DNA of 56,068 bases. It comes from an uncultured Chthonomonadaceae bacterium (GTDB lineage: Bacteria > Armatimonadota > Chthonomonadetes > Chthonomonadales > Chthonomonadaceae). Below, piece by piece: positions 28,282 to 39,904 of this stretch. The notes below the pieces were generated by a model, which saw only the letters and a list, made by a program, of their open reading frames with translations, had not been told where the DNA came from and did no database searches. The stretch lies in the NCBI GenBank assembly GCA_963835065.1, contig CAWIEK010000071.1, positions 1 to 56,068 on the forward strand, given 5' to 3'. Made by a program: the position numbers and the translations under genes. Each line of letters begins with the position of its first letter. Position 1 is the stretch's first letter.

Positions 28282-31200
28282 CTACTCGACAGGCACGGTG
28301 CGGGTGGCGAAGTCGTACCCCGCAATGGTCGGCTCGTTGGTCAGGAGGACAAAGTCGGCGCGTATGTCCCGGCCCTGTCGCGCTTTGAGGACGAGGGTAT
28401 GCGAGTCTTTGGACAGGTTGACTGTGCCGACGAGGAGGGTTTGGCCGGCGTTTGTTTTTTCCACGTCGTGGGAGCCGACGGGTTCGCCGTCGAGCAGCAC
28501 GTCGGCGGCTTCCAGTTTGCCGTTGCGCAGGCAGCGCGTGAACAATTTGTAGCGTCCCGGCACGTCAACCTTGAATTTGGTGACAATGGCGCTGCCGCTC
28601 GTGACGCGCACGGCGCTTGGCCCCTCGCCCGGACTGCAATCCGGGGCGGCAATAGGTTTGAGTGTGCCCAAACCGGTAAACGCCTCGCACTCGAAAAGCA
28701 ATTCCTGCGGCGGTGGATTGAGATAGATGGGAGTGATGCTGTGCGGCTCCAGTTTCAGCGTCCAGGCATTTTCCGTCGGCGTGGCGATTTGATTTTTCCA
28801 CTGCGCGAAATTGGCAGCGGGAATTTTCACCGTTTTCGTGACGGCCGTGTCTTTGGGGTTGTAGTACAGAATTTTATCCGTAAACAGGGTTGCGTAGATG
28901 CCATCGGCGTTGTCGTCAACCGGCAGGGCGTCGCGCCGCGTCGGGTCAATCTGCGACAGGTGGTACATGGCCTGCCGGACGACTTCAAGATAGCCTTTGA
29001 GCAGGGATTTATTCGCCGGGAAGTAAATGGTCAGCCCCTTGCCGTACAAACGCGCCCAGCTTTGTTCGGGCCTGTCGGTCTTCGGATTGAGGAAGCGCAA
29101 ATCCAGTTCGCGGGCCAATCGTCCGGGCGGGGGCAGGGCGTCGGCGTCTTCAGCCGTTCCCTGCTCCACAAGCTGCACGTACTGAACGCGGGTTCCCAAT
29201 GGCTTTGTATCCGCGCTGTCGGCAACGATCTTGTTTTTGGGCAGGGTATCCGATTGAATGGTCAGAGTTGCGAGCGTTCGGCCTGTCAGTACGCCTTCGG
29301 GAATGGGGAAGCGGTAGGTGACATCTCCGGTTGCCGACAGGTCGCCCAGTTTGATGTTGTCGCGGCGGGCGCTGAGAAAGACTTGATGCTTTAAGCCTTC
29401 GGCCTGCGGCGGCACAGTGGCGCGGACAATCAGGGTATAGCGCTTGTCGGGCAACGCGGGCAGGCGAACGGTGGCTTTGTCGCCCGTCCAGCGGAAAGTG
29501 GTTCCGTCTTCATCCTTTTCGGCATCCTGCCACGTTTCGCCTAAATAATCCGCCTGATCCGGCCTGCCGACGCTGATACGATATTGCGGCGGCACGTTGC
29601 CGCGATACGTTTCGGTAACGCGGGCGGGCGCAAGCTCTTTGTAATAGCCGAACAAATCCTGAAACCAACTGTCGTCGCCTGTAAACGTCCGTACCTTGCC
29701 GAAGTCATAGGCCAGCAGGACGCCGCCTTCTTCCACCCAAGCCTTGATTTTGGCGAGTGTTTCCGGTTCGGCAAGCAAGCCTTCCCATAAAACGAGGACG
29801 CGGTATTGGGACAGGCAGCCGTCTCGTACCATGCGGTCATCCACAATGTCGAAATTGCCCACATCGCGCAAATACGCGCAGGCGCGGGTAAAGGTCTGCG
29901 CAATCGGCTGCGTGACGCGCAGGCGCTGCGCTTCGGCGGGATAAAACATCGCCACATCTACAACCGGCTTTTCCACGCGCAGGAATTTGCCGTAACGGGT
30001 GTACACGTCGCGGTTGTTGACGGCATTGCTCGCCCAATCGAAGTAGCCCGTTGAACCCTGCGACACGGACTCGAAAATCCGCTCCACTTCCTCATTGGGC
30101 GTTAAGGCTCCGGGTGGCTCCGTCCAAAAAGGCGCTCCGTAAAAGCGGGACGCGCTGCCCAACCGCCCCAGCATGGACGCGGCGTTGTCGGCAAAGGGCT
30201 TGTACCGCCCATGCGTAGAGCGCACATCCGCCTTGTATTTGGCGGCCAGTTTGGCAATCAGACTGTTGTCGTTGCCGCCCCGCACGTCCTCATCGCCAAA
30301 GCCGGCGGGAAGCATCAGCAACGTGTCCGGGAAGCGGGTACGCGCCGCCCGCAAGTTCAATTCAATCGCGCGTCCCACGCCGCCCTGATACCATTCGACA
30401 AAATCCAGCCACGCCCGCCGATTTTCCAGCGTCGGCTCCGAGGTGGGAACGGGGGGATACACGATCTCATCCGCCGATTTCAGCGGCTTGTTCCACGCCG
30501 CGCCCACCGCCGACACGGAGCCGTACTTTTGCAGCATCTGCGCCCGGAAGTCCTGCCGCGCAATCGGGTCGGCGCACCAGAAGCCAAGATGGTCGTGCAG
30601 ATTGCCGAATCTTCGCTGCCAGTCCTCTTTCTGCCCAGGCACGTTCACCCGCGCCCCCGCAAACAGCCCCAATTCACCATAATCGCCGTGAATACCAACG
30701 TACAGGGCGGATAGGGGTGTTGGGTGTTGGGTGTTGGGTGTTGGGGAGTTCGTTCTGTTCCCTGTTCCCTGTTCCCTGTTCCCTCGGAATTGCTTTGCCA
30801 GCGCGTCGTAGCCGTGTTCGATGAAGCCGGGCCATTTGGGATCCCAGGGCGAGAAGGCCTGGATGGGCTGATTGTGTTCCAGGCATTGGATGCGGGTGAA
30901 ATCGGTATACCACTTTGGCGGGAAGGCTTCGTGCGGAAAATAGCACCAGTCAAGGCCGAGTTTATCTACCGCCAGATGCGCCGCTTCCGCAGCCCGAAAA
31001 TCCCACTGGCCGGGTTTGGTTTCTTCCGTAGACAGGTGGCCGGAGTCGGTTTGAAACAGGGTAAAGCCGACGTTGTTAAGTATCTGCATATCCGAGGAGG
31101 TAGATACGCTCGTTGCCAGAATCATGCGGTCGCCCGCGCTGCGCTGCCGTATGTACGGGTCTTCTTCGGGCTTGCCCCCGGCGCGTATATCCCACAGCCG

Positions 31201-32016
31201 CACCAGGCGTGTGTAGTCCGGGGTCGGAGCGCCGCGCAGGGTTCCCCAGGGCGCAGCCCCGGCAGGGGCGATTTCGGCTGCCATTTTCCAGGCTTTGTCG
31301 TCGAGCGCCAGGCTGTTCCAGGCAACCGGCGCGTTACGCGATGCCCGGACGCGCCCGCTGGAAACCAGCGTCAGCGTCTTGCCCGCCGATGTTTTAATAA
31401 TCAATTTGTACAGCAGCCCGCCCGCCCCGCCCGTGTTGCGGCAGGCAATGCCCAGCACGTTGTCTCCCGCTTTCAGCAGGCGGGTCACATCGTACTCGCG
31501 CACGGTTGTCCAGTCATTGGCTTCGGCAACGGGCTTCTGACTTTCATTTAAGTACGCCTGATAACTGTCATCCGCCGTAATCAGCAGCCGCGCCGCAACA
31601 GGCGCTTTGGCAAGCGTAAACCGCTGCCGAAAATACACCGTTTCGGGAGGGCGCGTCCCATCCGCCGCCCATATCCATTTCCAATTGACGATTGACGATT
31701 GACGATTGACGATTGGGGGTTGTGAATTGGGGGTTGCTGATTGCGTGCTACTGCCCGCTTCCTTGTTTTTTGGCAAGGCAGGAGGCGTGGACGGAGGCGT
31801 GGCGGTGTTGGCAGCGCCTTTTGATTGCATTGGCGCAGCCGCAGGCGTGGAAGCGGCAGGGGCAGAATTTGGCTTCCCCTGCGCCAGAGCCGCCGTCGAA
31901 AAACTACCAATCGGCAATCGAAAATCGAAAATCGCCAATGTACAATTCCCAATCGGCAATCGGCAATCGGCAATCAAAAATATGATGAGCGCAAGTAAAA
32001 CACGAGAGCGCGGCAT
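28282..32016 (-). CDS. Large secreted multidomain glycoside hydrolase-like protein (GH14/GH42-like barrel with carbohydrate-binding domains)
   Basis: Signal-like N-terminus, WKWIW..YFRQRF..ITADD beta-sandwich, KPGQWDF, GIHGDYGE, WLDFVEWYQ and a GH42-trimerisation-like segment (KIKAWVEEGGVLL). Confidence 0.7.
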   Translation of the reverse strand: MPRSRVLLALIIFLIADCRLPIGNCTLAIFDFRLPIGSFSTAALAQGKPNSAPAASTPAAAPMQSKGAANTATPPSTPPALPKNKEAGSSTQSATPNSQPPIVNRQSSIVNWKWIWAADGTRPPETVYFRQRFTLAKAPVAARLLITADDSYQAYLNESQKPVAEANDWTTVREYDVTRLLKAGDNVLGIACRNTGGAGGLLYKLIIKTSAGKTLTLVSSGRVRASRNAPVAWNSLALDDKAWKMAAEIAPAGAAPWGTLRGAPTPDYTRLVRLWDIRAGGKPEEDPYIRQRSAGDRMILATSVSTSSDMQILNNVGFTLFQTDSGHLSTEETKPGQWDFRAAEAAHLAVDKLGLDWCYFPHEAFPPKWYTDFTRIQCLEHNQPIQAFSPWDPKWPGFIEHGYDALAKQFRGNREQGTGNRTNSPTPNTQHPTPLSALYVGIHGDYGELGLFAGARVNVPGQKEDWQRRFGNLHDHLGFWCADPIARQDFRAQMLQKYGSVSAVGAAWNKPLKSADEIVYPPVPTSEPTLENRRAWLDFVEWYQGGVGRAIELNLRAARTRFPDTLLMLPAGFGDEDVRGGNDNSLIAKLAAKYKADVRSTHGRYKPFADNAASMLGRLGSASRFYGAPFWTEPPGALTPNEEVERIFESVSQGSTGYFDWASNAVNNRDVYTRYGKFLRVEKPVVDVAMFYPAEAQRLRVTQPIAQTFTRACAYLRDVGNFDIVDDRMVRDGCLSQYRVLVLWEGLLAEPETLAKIKAWVEEGGVLLAYDFGKVRTFTGDDSWFQDLFGYYKELAPARVTETYRGNVPPQYRISVGRPDQADYLGETWQDAEKDEDGTTFRWTGDKATVRLPALPDKRYTLIVRATVPPQAEGLKHQVFLSARRDNIKLGDLSATGDVTYRFPIPEGVLTGRTLATLTIQSDTLPKNKIVADSADTKPLGTRVQYVQLVEQGTAEDADALPPPGRLARELDLRFLNPKTDRPEQSWARLYGKGLTIYFPANKSLLKGYLEVVRQAMYHLSQIDPTRRDALPVDDNADGIYATLFTDKILYYNPKDTAVTKTVKIPAANFAQWKNQIATPTENAWTLKLEPHSITPIYLNPPPQELLFECEAFTGLGTLKPIAAPDCSPGEGPSAVRVTSGSAIVTKFKVDVPGRYKLFTRCLRNGKLEAADVLLDGEPVGSHDVEKTNAGQTLLVGTVNLSKDSHTLVLKARQGRDIRADFVLLTNEPTIAGYDFATRTVPVE

Positions 32017-32310
32017 ACGGCTAATCCTTCATGGGTAAATCTTCTCGAGTAAATCTAAAAGAGCAACGAATCAGTATAGCAAATTTATGTTGCCTAATGT
32101 CGGGTACGCGCCTGATTTGTCCTTTGGTTTCCGCAACGCCCAATTCCTGCTTGCGACAGCAAACGCGCCTGCCCCCACCACCCGTCTCCTTTTTCTTCTT
32201 TTTCTCCCGTACGGCGACAGAATATCTTACGCGCAAAAACGGCCTGCGCTTTCTGATTTGAGAGAACGCAGGCCAAATGATGTTGTCACTGTAGTTAAGA
32301 ATGCAGTGGA

Positions 32311-32556
32311 TCAGGCGGCCACCTTTTCCATTACTCCCACCGCCGCGCGTTCGCCCGTTTCTTCTGCCACCAGGGCAACATTGCAAACACGGTCCAGCCG
32401 AATATCGTCCACATCCGTCACCAGGTAGCCGCCGTACAAGGGCACAAAGGTTGCATCGTACACTTTGGACATTGTGATCTGCTCTTTGCCGGCGCGATCT
32501 TTCCAGACAATCGTACACTGTTTGCCGATAAAATTCTTCGCTTCATTAAGCAACAT
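32311..32556 (-). CDS. Small hypothetical protein
   Basis: GGGGAG RBS before the ATG at 32556; 81-aa beta-rich sequence. Confidence 0.7.
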   Translation of the reverse strand: MLLNEAKNFIGKQCTIVWKDRAGKEQITMSKVYDATFVPLYGGYLVTDVDDIRLDRVCNVALVAEETGERAAVGVMEKVAA

Positions 32557-32804
32557 GATAAACTCCCCTGACGTGCCTTTCTCAGACTGCCGCACCTATT
32601 GGGCAGCGCGTTGACGCCTGAGATTAACGGCATATTGTCGGGCAGGGTCTATCAGTGTAACTACGGGAATTTGGGAAGAGGGATGAAGGATACAGGAAAG
32701 GATGAAGGATGAATTAGGAGAAGAGAAGACGGAAGAAGTTCAATCGGAAATCGGAAATCGGCAATCCACAATCGGCAATCGAAAATCGGCAATGTCTTCA
32801 TCCT

Positions 32805-33674
32805 TCATCCTTCATCCTTCATCCTTGCTTCTGGTCGCAGCAGTTCGTCAGGAGGATCGGCAGCAGTGGCACACGTGGGGCGCAGCAGGGTTTCGGGAGT
32901 GGAGAGAGTTTTGTTGGCGGAAGCGCGCAGCAGGAATTGCGCCTGCCACGTTTTATCGTGACGGGCGCGTATCTGTTCCAGGCAGGTGTTGGAAGTGGCG
33001 TGAATACGCCGACCGTTATCGGTGCGAATAGCGCCCTGCGCCACGCGCTCAATTGTTGGGAGGTGTCGTTTTTCGCCCACCAATGCCAACAACGCAAGAA
33101 TGTTCAGTGTCAGGTCCACATTTCTGTAAGGATACTCAAGAGGGATCAGCAGGGCGTCACATTGTTTGGGAGACAGGCTGCAATCTTCCGGCGTGACAAG
33201 GGGCAGGAGATGGTTCAGAACAGCCAGCAATCGGTTTATTGTGGAACGAGTGAGGGGAGGGGGAGGCGTATCGCCCAAAATACAATTGATGCGTATTTGC
33301 CGCGCCATTGGAGAGGAAGGAACAGGTTCCAGTTTTCTGGTTCGGGCTGCCGTTCGCGCCAGAACGGAGAGTATCAATCCAACCGCCCGCGCATCTGGCG
33401 TGACCTCCCCATGAAAAATCACGATCAAGTCTAAAATAGCGGAAACGGGCGGCGGTTCTTCCGGGGGCGACCACTTGCGGCGAAAGCGCTCCCAACGGGC
33501 GGCGGGTTCCGGGCGGGGCAAATCGTAGCCTTGCGGCCAGTATAAGGTAAGCAGGCGTAAAACAGTTTCATAGGACCAGCTTTGTATCTCCTGCCGCGCC
33601 GATTGCCGCGTCTGCTCATCAGCATCCAGCAGGCGTTCCAGCAGTTTGTTCAGTTCCTCCGCGTTAATATCCAT
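32805..33674 (-). CDS. Helical hypothetical protein with triple-LLR C-terminal tail
   Basis: GGAGG RBS before MDINAEE; HEAT-like helices; LLR x3 tail. Confidence 0.7.
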   Translation of the reverse strand: MDINAEELNKLLERLLDADEQTRQSARQEIQSWSYETVLRLLTLYWPQGYDLPRPEPAARWERFRRKWSPPEEPPPVSAILDLIVIFHGEVTPDARAVGLILSVLARTAARTRKLEPVPSSPMARQIRINCILGDTPPPPLTRSTINRLLAVLNHLLPLVTPEDCSLSPKQCDALLIPLEYPYRNVDLTLNILALLALVGEKRHLPTIERVAQGAIRTDNGRRIHATSNTCLEQIRARHDKTWQAQFLLRASANKTLSTPETLLRPTCATAADPPDELLRPEARMKDEG

Positions 33675-33713
33675 GCCCTGCCGCCTCCGTATAAAGTCGT
33701 TACCGTTGTGCAA

Positions 33714-34620
33714 TTAGGATTGCGAGGGGCGTAATAGTTGTTCGGGCTGTTCGTCTTCGGTTTGAGCAGGCGCGGCGCGGAGCAGGGTTTCGGGGCTTGC
33801 GCTGTTGTTGGAAGAAGGGCGCAGCAGCGTACTTGATCTTTTGGCTTCGGCCTCTCGCTGTTGAAGGGCGAGCAGGCAGCGACTTGCGGCAAAGGTCAGT
33901 TCGCGGTCCGGGTCGGCGTAAGTCAAGCCGCGAACCGCGCTGACAGCCTCCGATGTTCCCCATTCTTCCAGCAGTCCAAGAAGGATGATTTTCAAGCCAT
34001 CGGAAATATGGGCTTCTCCAAGCAGATAAGGCCACAGGCTTTTATAACGGCGCGTAATTTCCTGCTGCTCCTCCCGGTTAAGCATGGGCAATCCGTTTTC
34101 CAGCGCCATGCAGAAGCTGATGCAGGGTTCCGAATGTGACATATTGCGGTGTCCCTCATGCCCCGGCCAATCCAGCCATTCCAAAATCAGGAAAACCAGC
34201 ATCGGGTCGCGGTTTGCCCGGATTGCCGCGCACAAATGTTCCCGCGCCTGTTCGGAATGGGCGCAGCTTTGTCGCGCCGCCCGTACAAACAGCCATTTGC
34301 CCGCCATTGCCATCCCCGCGTAAAACATCACAACCAGGCAACACACCGCTTCCATGCCACATCCATTGCGGCATAGAAGCGGTGACGAATACCGTCAGGG
34401 CAACACAGGCCCAAACGCCGAGCGCACACGGTAAAACCAGCGCTTCCGCCTGCCTCTGCTGAGTGGCTTCCTCTTGCAGCAGGCGCATCAGCACATCGGG
34501 CGGCGCGTTTCGCAACTCGCGCACGGCCTCTTCCACAACATTGCCCTCACTGCTATTCAATTGCCGCAGGAACTGACGCGAAACCTCCTGCGGATCACGG
34601 CTCCACTTTTCAAGCATCAT
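33714..34620 (-). CDS. Membrane/HEAT-like hypothetical protein with triple-LLR tail, probable frameshift near 34355
   Basis: GGAGG RBS before the ATG at 34620. Two overlapping ORFs join into a TM hairpin followed by helices, similar in layout to the downstream gene. Confidence 0.6.
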
Positions 34621-34797
34621 GGCTCCTCCAGCTTTTGCCGTGCGTCCAGCAGCCACATGGCGGCAATTTGGGTCAAAGCAACATCCATGCCCTTGATCCT
34701 CGTAGCTGTACACGCTTTGCAGGCTGTTGCTAGAATTGAACAATAGCCCTACTTCATCTTTGCTGTCAGGTGTTTGACACACTTCCAAAACAGTGAT

Positions 34798-35250
34798 TTA
34801 CGTTAGGTCATCTGGTGGTAATATCCAGGCAGGCGGTATTGCTCCCAACCGCAGCCACATAGTTCGCAGGCGAACCATTCTTTCGTGATTGAGTTGATAA
34901 GCCAGAATTGTCGCTCGTCCACAGGCAGTGCGCCCCTCCAACGTTTTGCCATCCTGCGACCAGGCAAAACGTCGTTCCCACCGTTGCCTGCGCGGGTGAA
35001 ACAGTTGTACTCGTCTTCCTGTCAGCGGGTCGTTCTCGTACTGCTGCTCCCTTTTATAACTGTTACACAGGGGACAGGCATAGCACAGATTATCGCGTAT
35101 TGTTGCGCCTTCAGCAAATTCAGGCACGATGTGGTCTATTTCGTACTGGGTATCAAGCAGTTGTTCAGGACTGTGGCAGTAGGCGCAGCATCCATCAAAA
35201 TCTGCAATGATTAGCCGTCGTAGCGCAACGGGAATATAGGTTTTGCTCAT
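34798..35250 (-). CDS. HNH endonuclease
   Basis: CCAYC..EIDHIVP..GAT..NLCYACPLCNSYK and LFHPRRQRW. Confidence 0.88.
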   Translation of the reverse strand: MSKTYIPVALRRLIIADFDGCCAYCHSPEQLLDTQYEIDHIVPEFAEGATIRDNLCYACPLCNSYKREQQYENDPLTGRRVQLFHPRRQRWERRFAWSQDGKTLEGRTACGRATILAYQLNHERMVRLRTMWLRLGAIPPAWILPPDDLT

Positions 35251-35678
35251 GACTTGGTTGTTGTTTTCGAGCGTTGCTGCAATAGCCACATCGCTGCCGC
35301 CCGCATGGTCTCGACAGCCTCTACTCGATTTAATAATGTTTCTCGTTCCTGAACTTCCTGTTCGGAGAGCGCGGCCTGTTTATTCTTGGCGGTCAATTGC
35401 GAAAGGCGTGTTTGCTCCGGCTGCGTCAATTTTGCTTCTATGTGTTTTTGCAACTGTTCTTCACTCAGCATAGAGAACTCTTGAACGCGCCGATCAAACT
35501 CTGTTTCGCCCTCCCTCTTCAATAGTGGCAGATGGTTGTCAATCAATTCCGTAACGACGCTATCGGGAGAAGCATGCTGCGAATCCACAGCCGCGTTCAA
35601 TCGCGCAATGGAAGCAGAGGGCAACCGCAGCGTAATCTCCTGCGCGTCCGATGAAGCATCCAAAACAATCGCCGTCAT
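35247..35678 (-). CDS. Putative antitoxin-like partner of the HNH nuclease
   Basis: AGGAGGTG RBS, ITLRLP RHH-like N-terminus, RLSQLTAKNKQAALSEQE..E helix and ATGA overlap with the HNH gene. Confidence 0.65.
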   Translation of the reverse strand: MTAIVLDASSDAQEITLRLPSASIARLNAAVDSQHASPDSVVTELIDNHLPLLKREGETEFDRRVQEFSMLSEEQLQKHIEAKLTQPEQTRLSQLTAKNKQAALSEQEVQERETLLNRVEAVETMRAAAMWLLQQRSKTTTKS

Positions 35679-35701
35679 TTTGCACCTCCTGTACATACTA
35701 A

Positions 35702-36665
35702 GAATCTATCTCAAAATAAGCGAGTGGCCTGCCGATGATAAAGTTACGACTACTTTTTTGGAGTGACTTATGGCGCAGACACCCTCTTTACCGACGATCT
35801 GGCGTGTTCCCGACGAGTTATGGGAACACATTCAGGCGTTGATCAACCAGTACGATCCCCCTTGCAAACGCGGACGCAAGCGCATTGATGCCCGTCTTGC
35901 TCTCAACGGCATTATCTACCGAGCGCGTACCGGCTGCCAATGGAACCAACTCCCGAAGGAGTTTGGCGACGATGCCAGCATCCACCGCACCTTGCAGCGG
36001 TGGGAGAAGCTGGACTTGTTCGGCAAGTTGTGGGCGGTTCTTCTGCGCAATTGCGACTTCTTGGGCGGCGTAGAGTGGGACTGGCAATCTGCCGATGCCT
36101 GCCTGAGCAAAGCGCGCGGTGTGCCTAAAAAGGGGCACAAGACGACGCCTGTGTCGGTCCCAATCCCACGGATCGTGGGAAGCAAGGCGTCAAAAAGAGC
36201 CTTTTAGTGGAAGGCGACGGCGGGCCGACCGGCATTTGTATCAGCAGCGCCAACACCAATGACGCGCATCTGCTCGCGGCCACGATCAGCGCGGTGGTGG
36301 TGTACCGTCCGCAGCCCACGCCCGAAGAACCTCAAAACCTGTGCCTGGACAAAGGCTATGACAATCCGCGTGGGGAAGAAGCCGCTAAGAAAGCAGGCTA
36401 TACGCCCCACATTCGCCGCATTGGCGAAGAAAAGAAAGACGAAGCGGGCGAGAAAACGCATCCGGCGCGGCGTTGGGTGGTGGAGCGCACGTTTGCTTGG
36501 CTGTCGCGTTGGCGCGGCATCCTCATCCGGTGGGACAAAAAGCCCAGCAACTACCTGGCAACCTGCAAACTCGCCTGTGCCCTCCTGTGGTTCCGCAAGT
36601 TGCACGTATTAAAGCAAGAGGTCATCTTGCCCGTTGCAGAGCCACTTTCGTTTTGAGATAGATTC
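35702..36665 (+). mobile_element. IS5-family insertion sequence (IS1031/IS427-like), 964 bp
   Basis: Perfect 15-bp terminal IRs GAATCTATCTCAAAA / TTTTGAGATAGATTC and a TAA duplication (35699-35701, 36666-36668). Confidence 0.92.
35770..36656 (+). CDS. IS5-family transposase in two ORFs joined by a probable -1 programmed frameshift
   Basis: IIYRARTGCQWNQLP in ORF1; LDKGYD and RWVVERTFAWLSRWR in ORF2 (-1 frame); AAAAAGGGG at 36127-36135. Confidence 0.88.
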
Positions 36666-36674
36666 TAAGATAGA

Positions 36675-39319
<2,645 letters not shown>

Positions 39320-39430
39320 CGGATTGCCGCCTCTCAAAAAGTAGCCGGTAACTGGTGACTGGTGGCTGGAAATGATAAGCCGCGCTTATCGGTTATACGC
39401 CTGCCACGAAACACCTCGCACTTTGGACGA

Positions 39431-39459
39431 AGTATAGCAGAATTTTGGCGAGGGGTCAA
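39431..39459 (-). promoter_or_regulatory. Sigma70-type promoter for ftsK
   Basis: TTGACC-N17-TATACT. Confidence 0.65.
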
Positions 39460-39904
39460 TCGGCTCAGGCGCTTGCGGCTGTTCATCCGGGGCAATGGCG
39501 TTTACGAGGACTTCCTGAATGTGGCGGATTGCCGTCTTTGCGGCTTAAAAACTCGCGTTTCTACGGAAATTTGTCAAGATTCCGCGCAAAATTTATTTTG
39601 ATAGCGTATAATTCTTTCAGGCATCGCGCTTGTGTCAATTTCCGCGCCTGGAATGTGCTTCCATCTGCCAATTTGCTTCCTCTGCCCGGTACATCTTTGC
39701 GTAGGTAAGTGTTCCGTTCTCCGCGTTCGCAGGGCATTTCAGCCGTGTCTTTGCGCCGCAGTCCGCTCTGACAGCAACAGCAGGGACGGGGCTTAATAGA
39801 CGCTTGCTTACTGCCCATGCCGGTAAAATTTGTTTTGAACTATACTCCGCTAGCTCTGCGCTGCCGCCCCCACTTTGGGCGGACGCAGCTTCGGGAGGGC
39901 CAGG

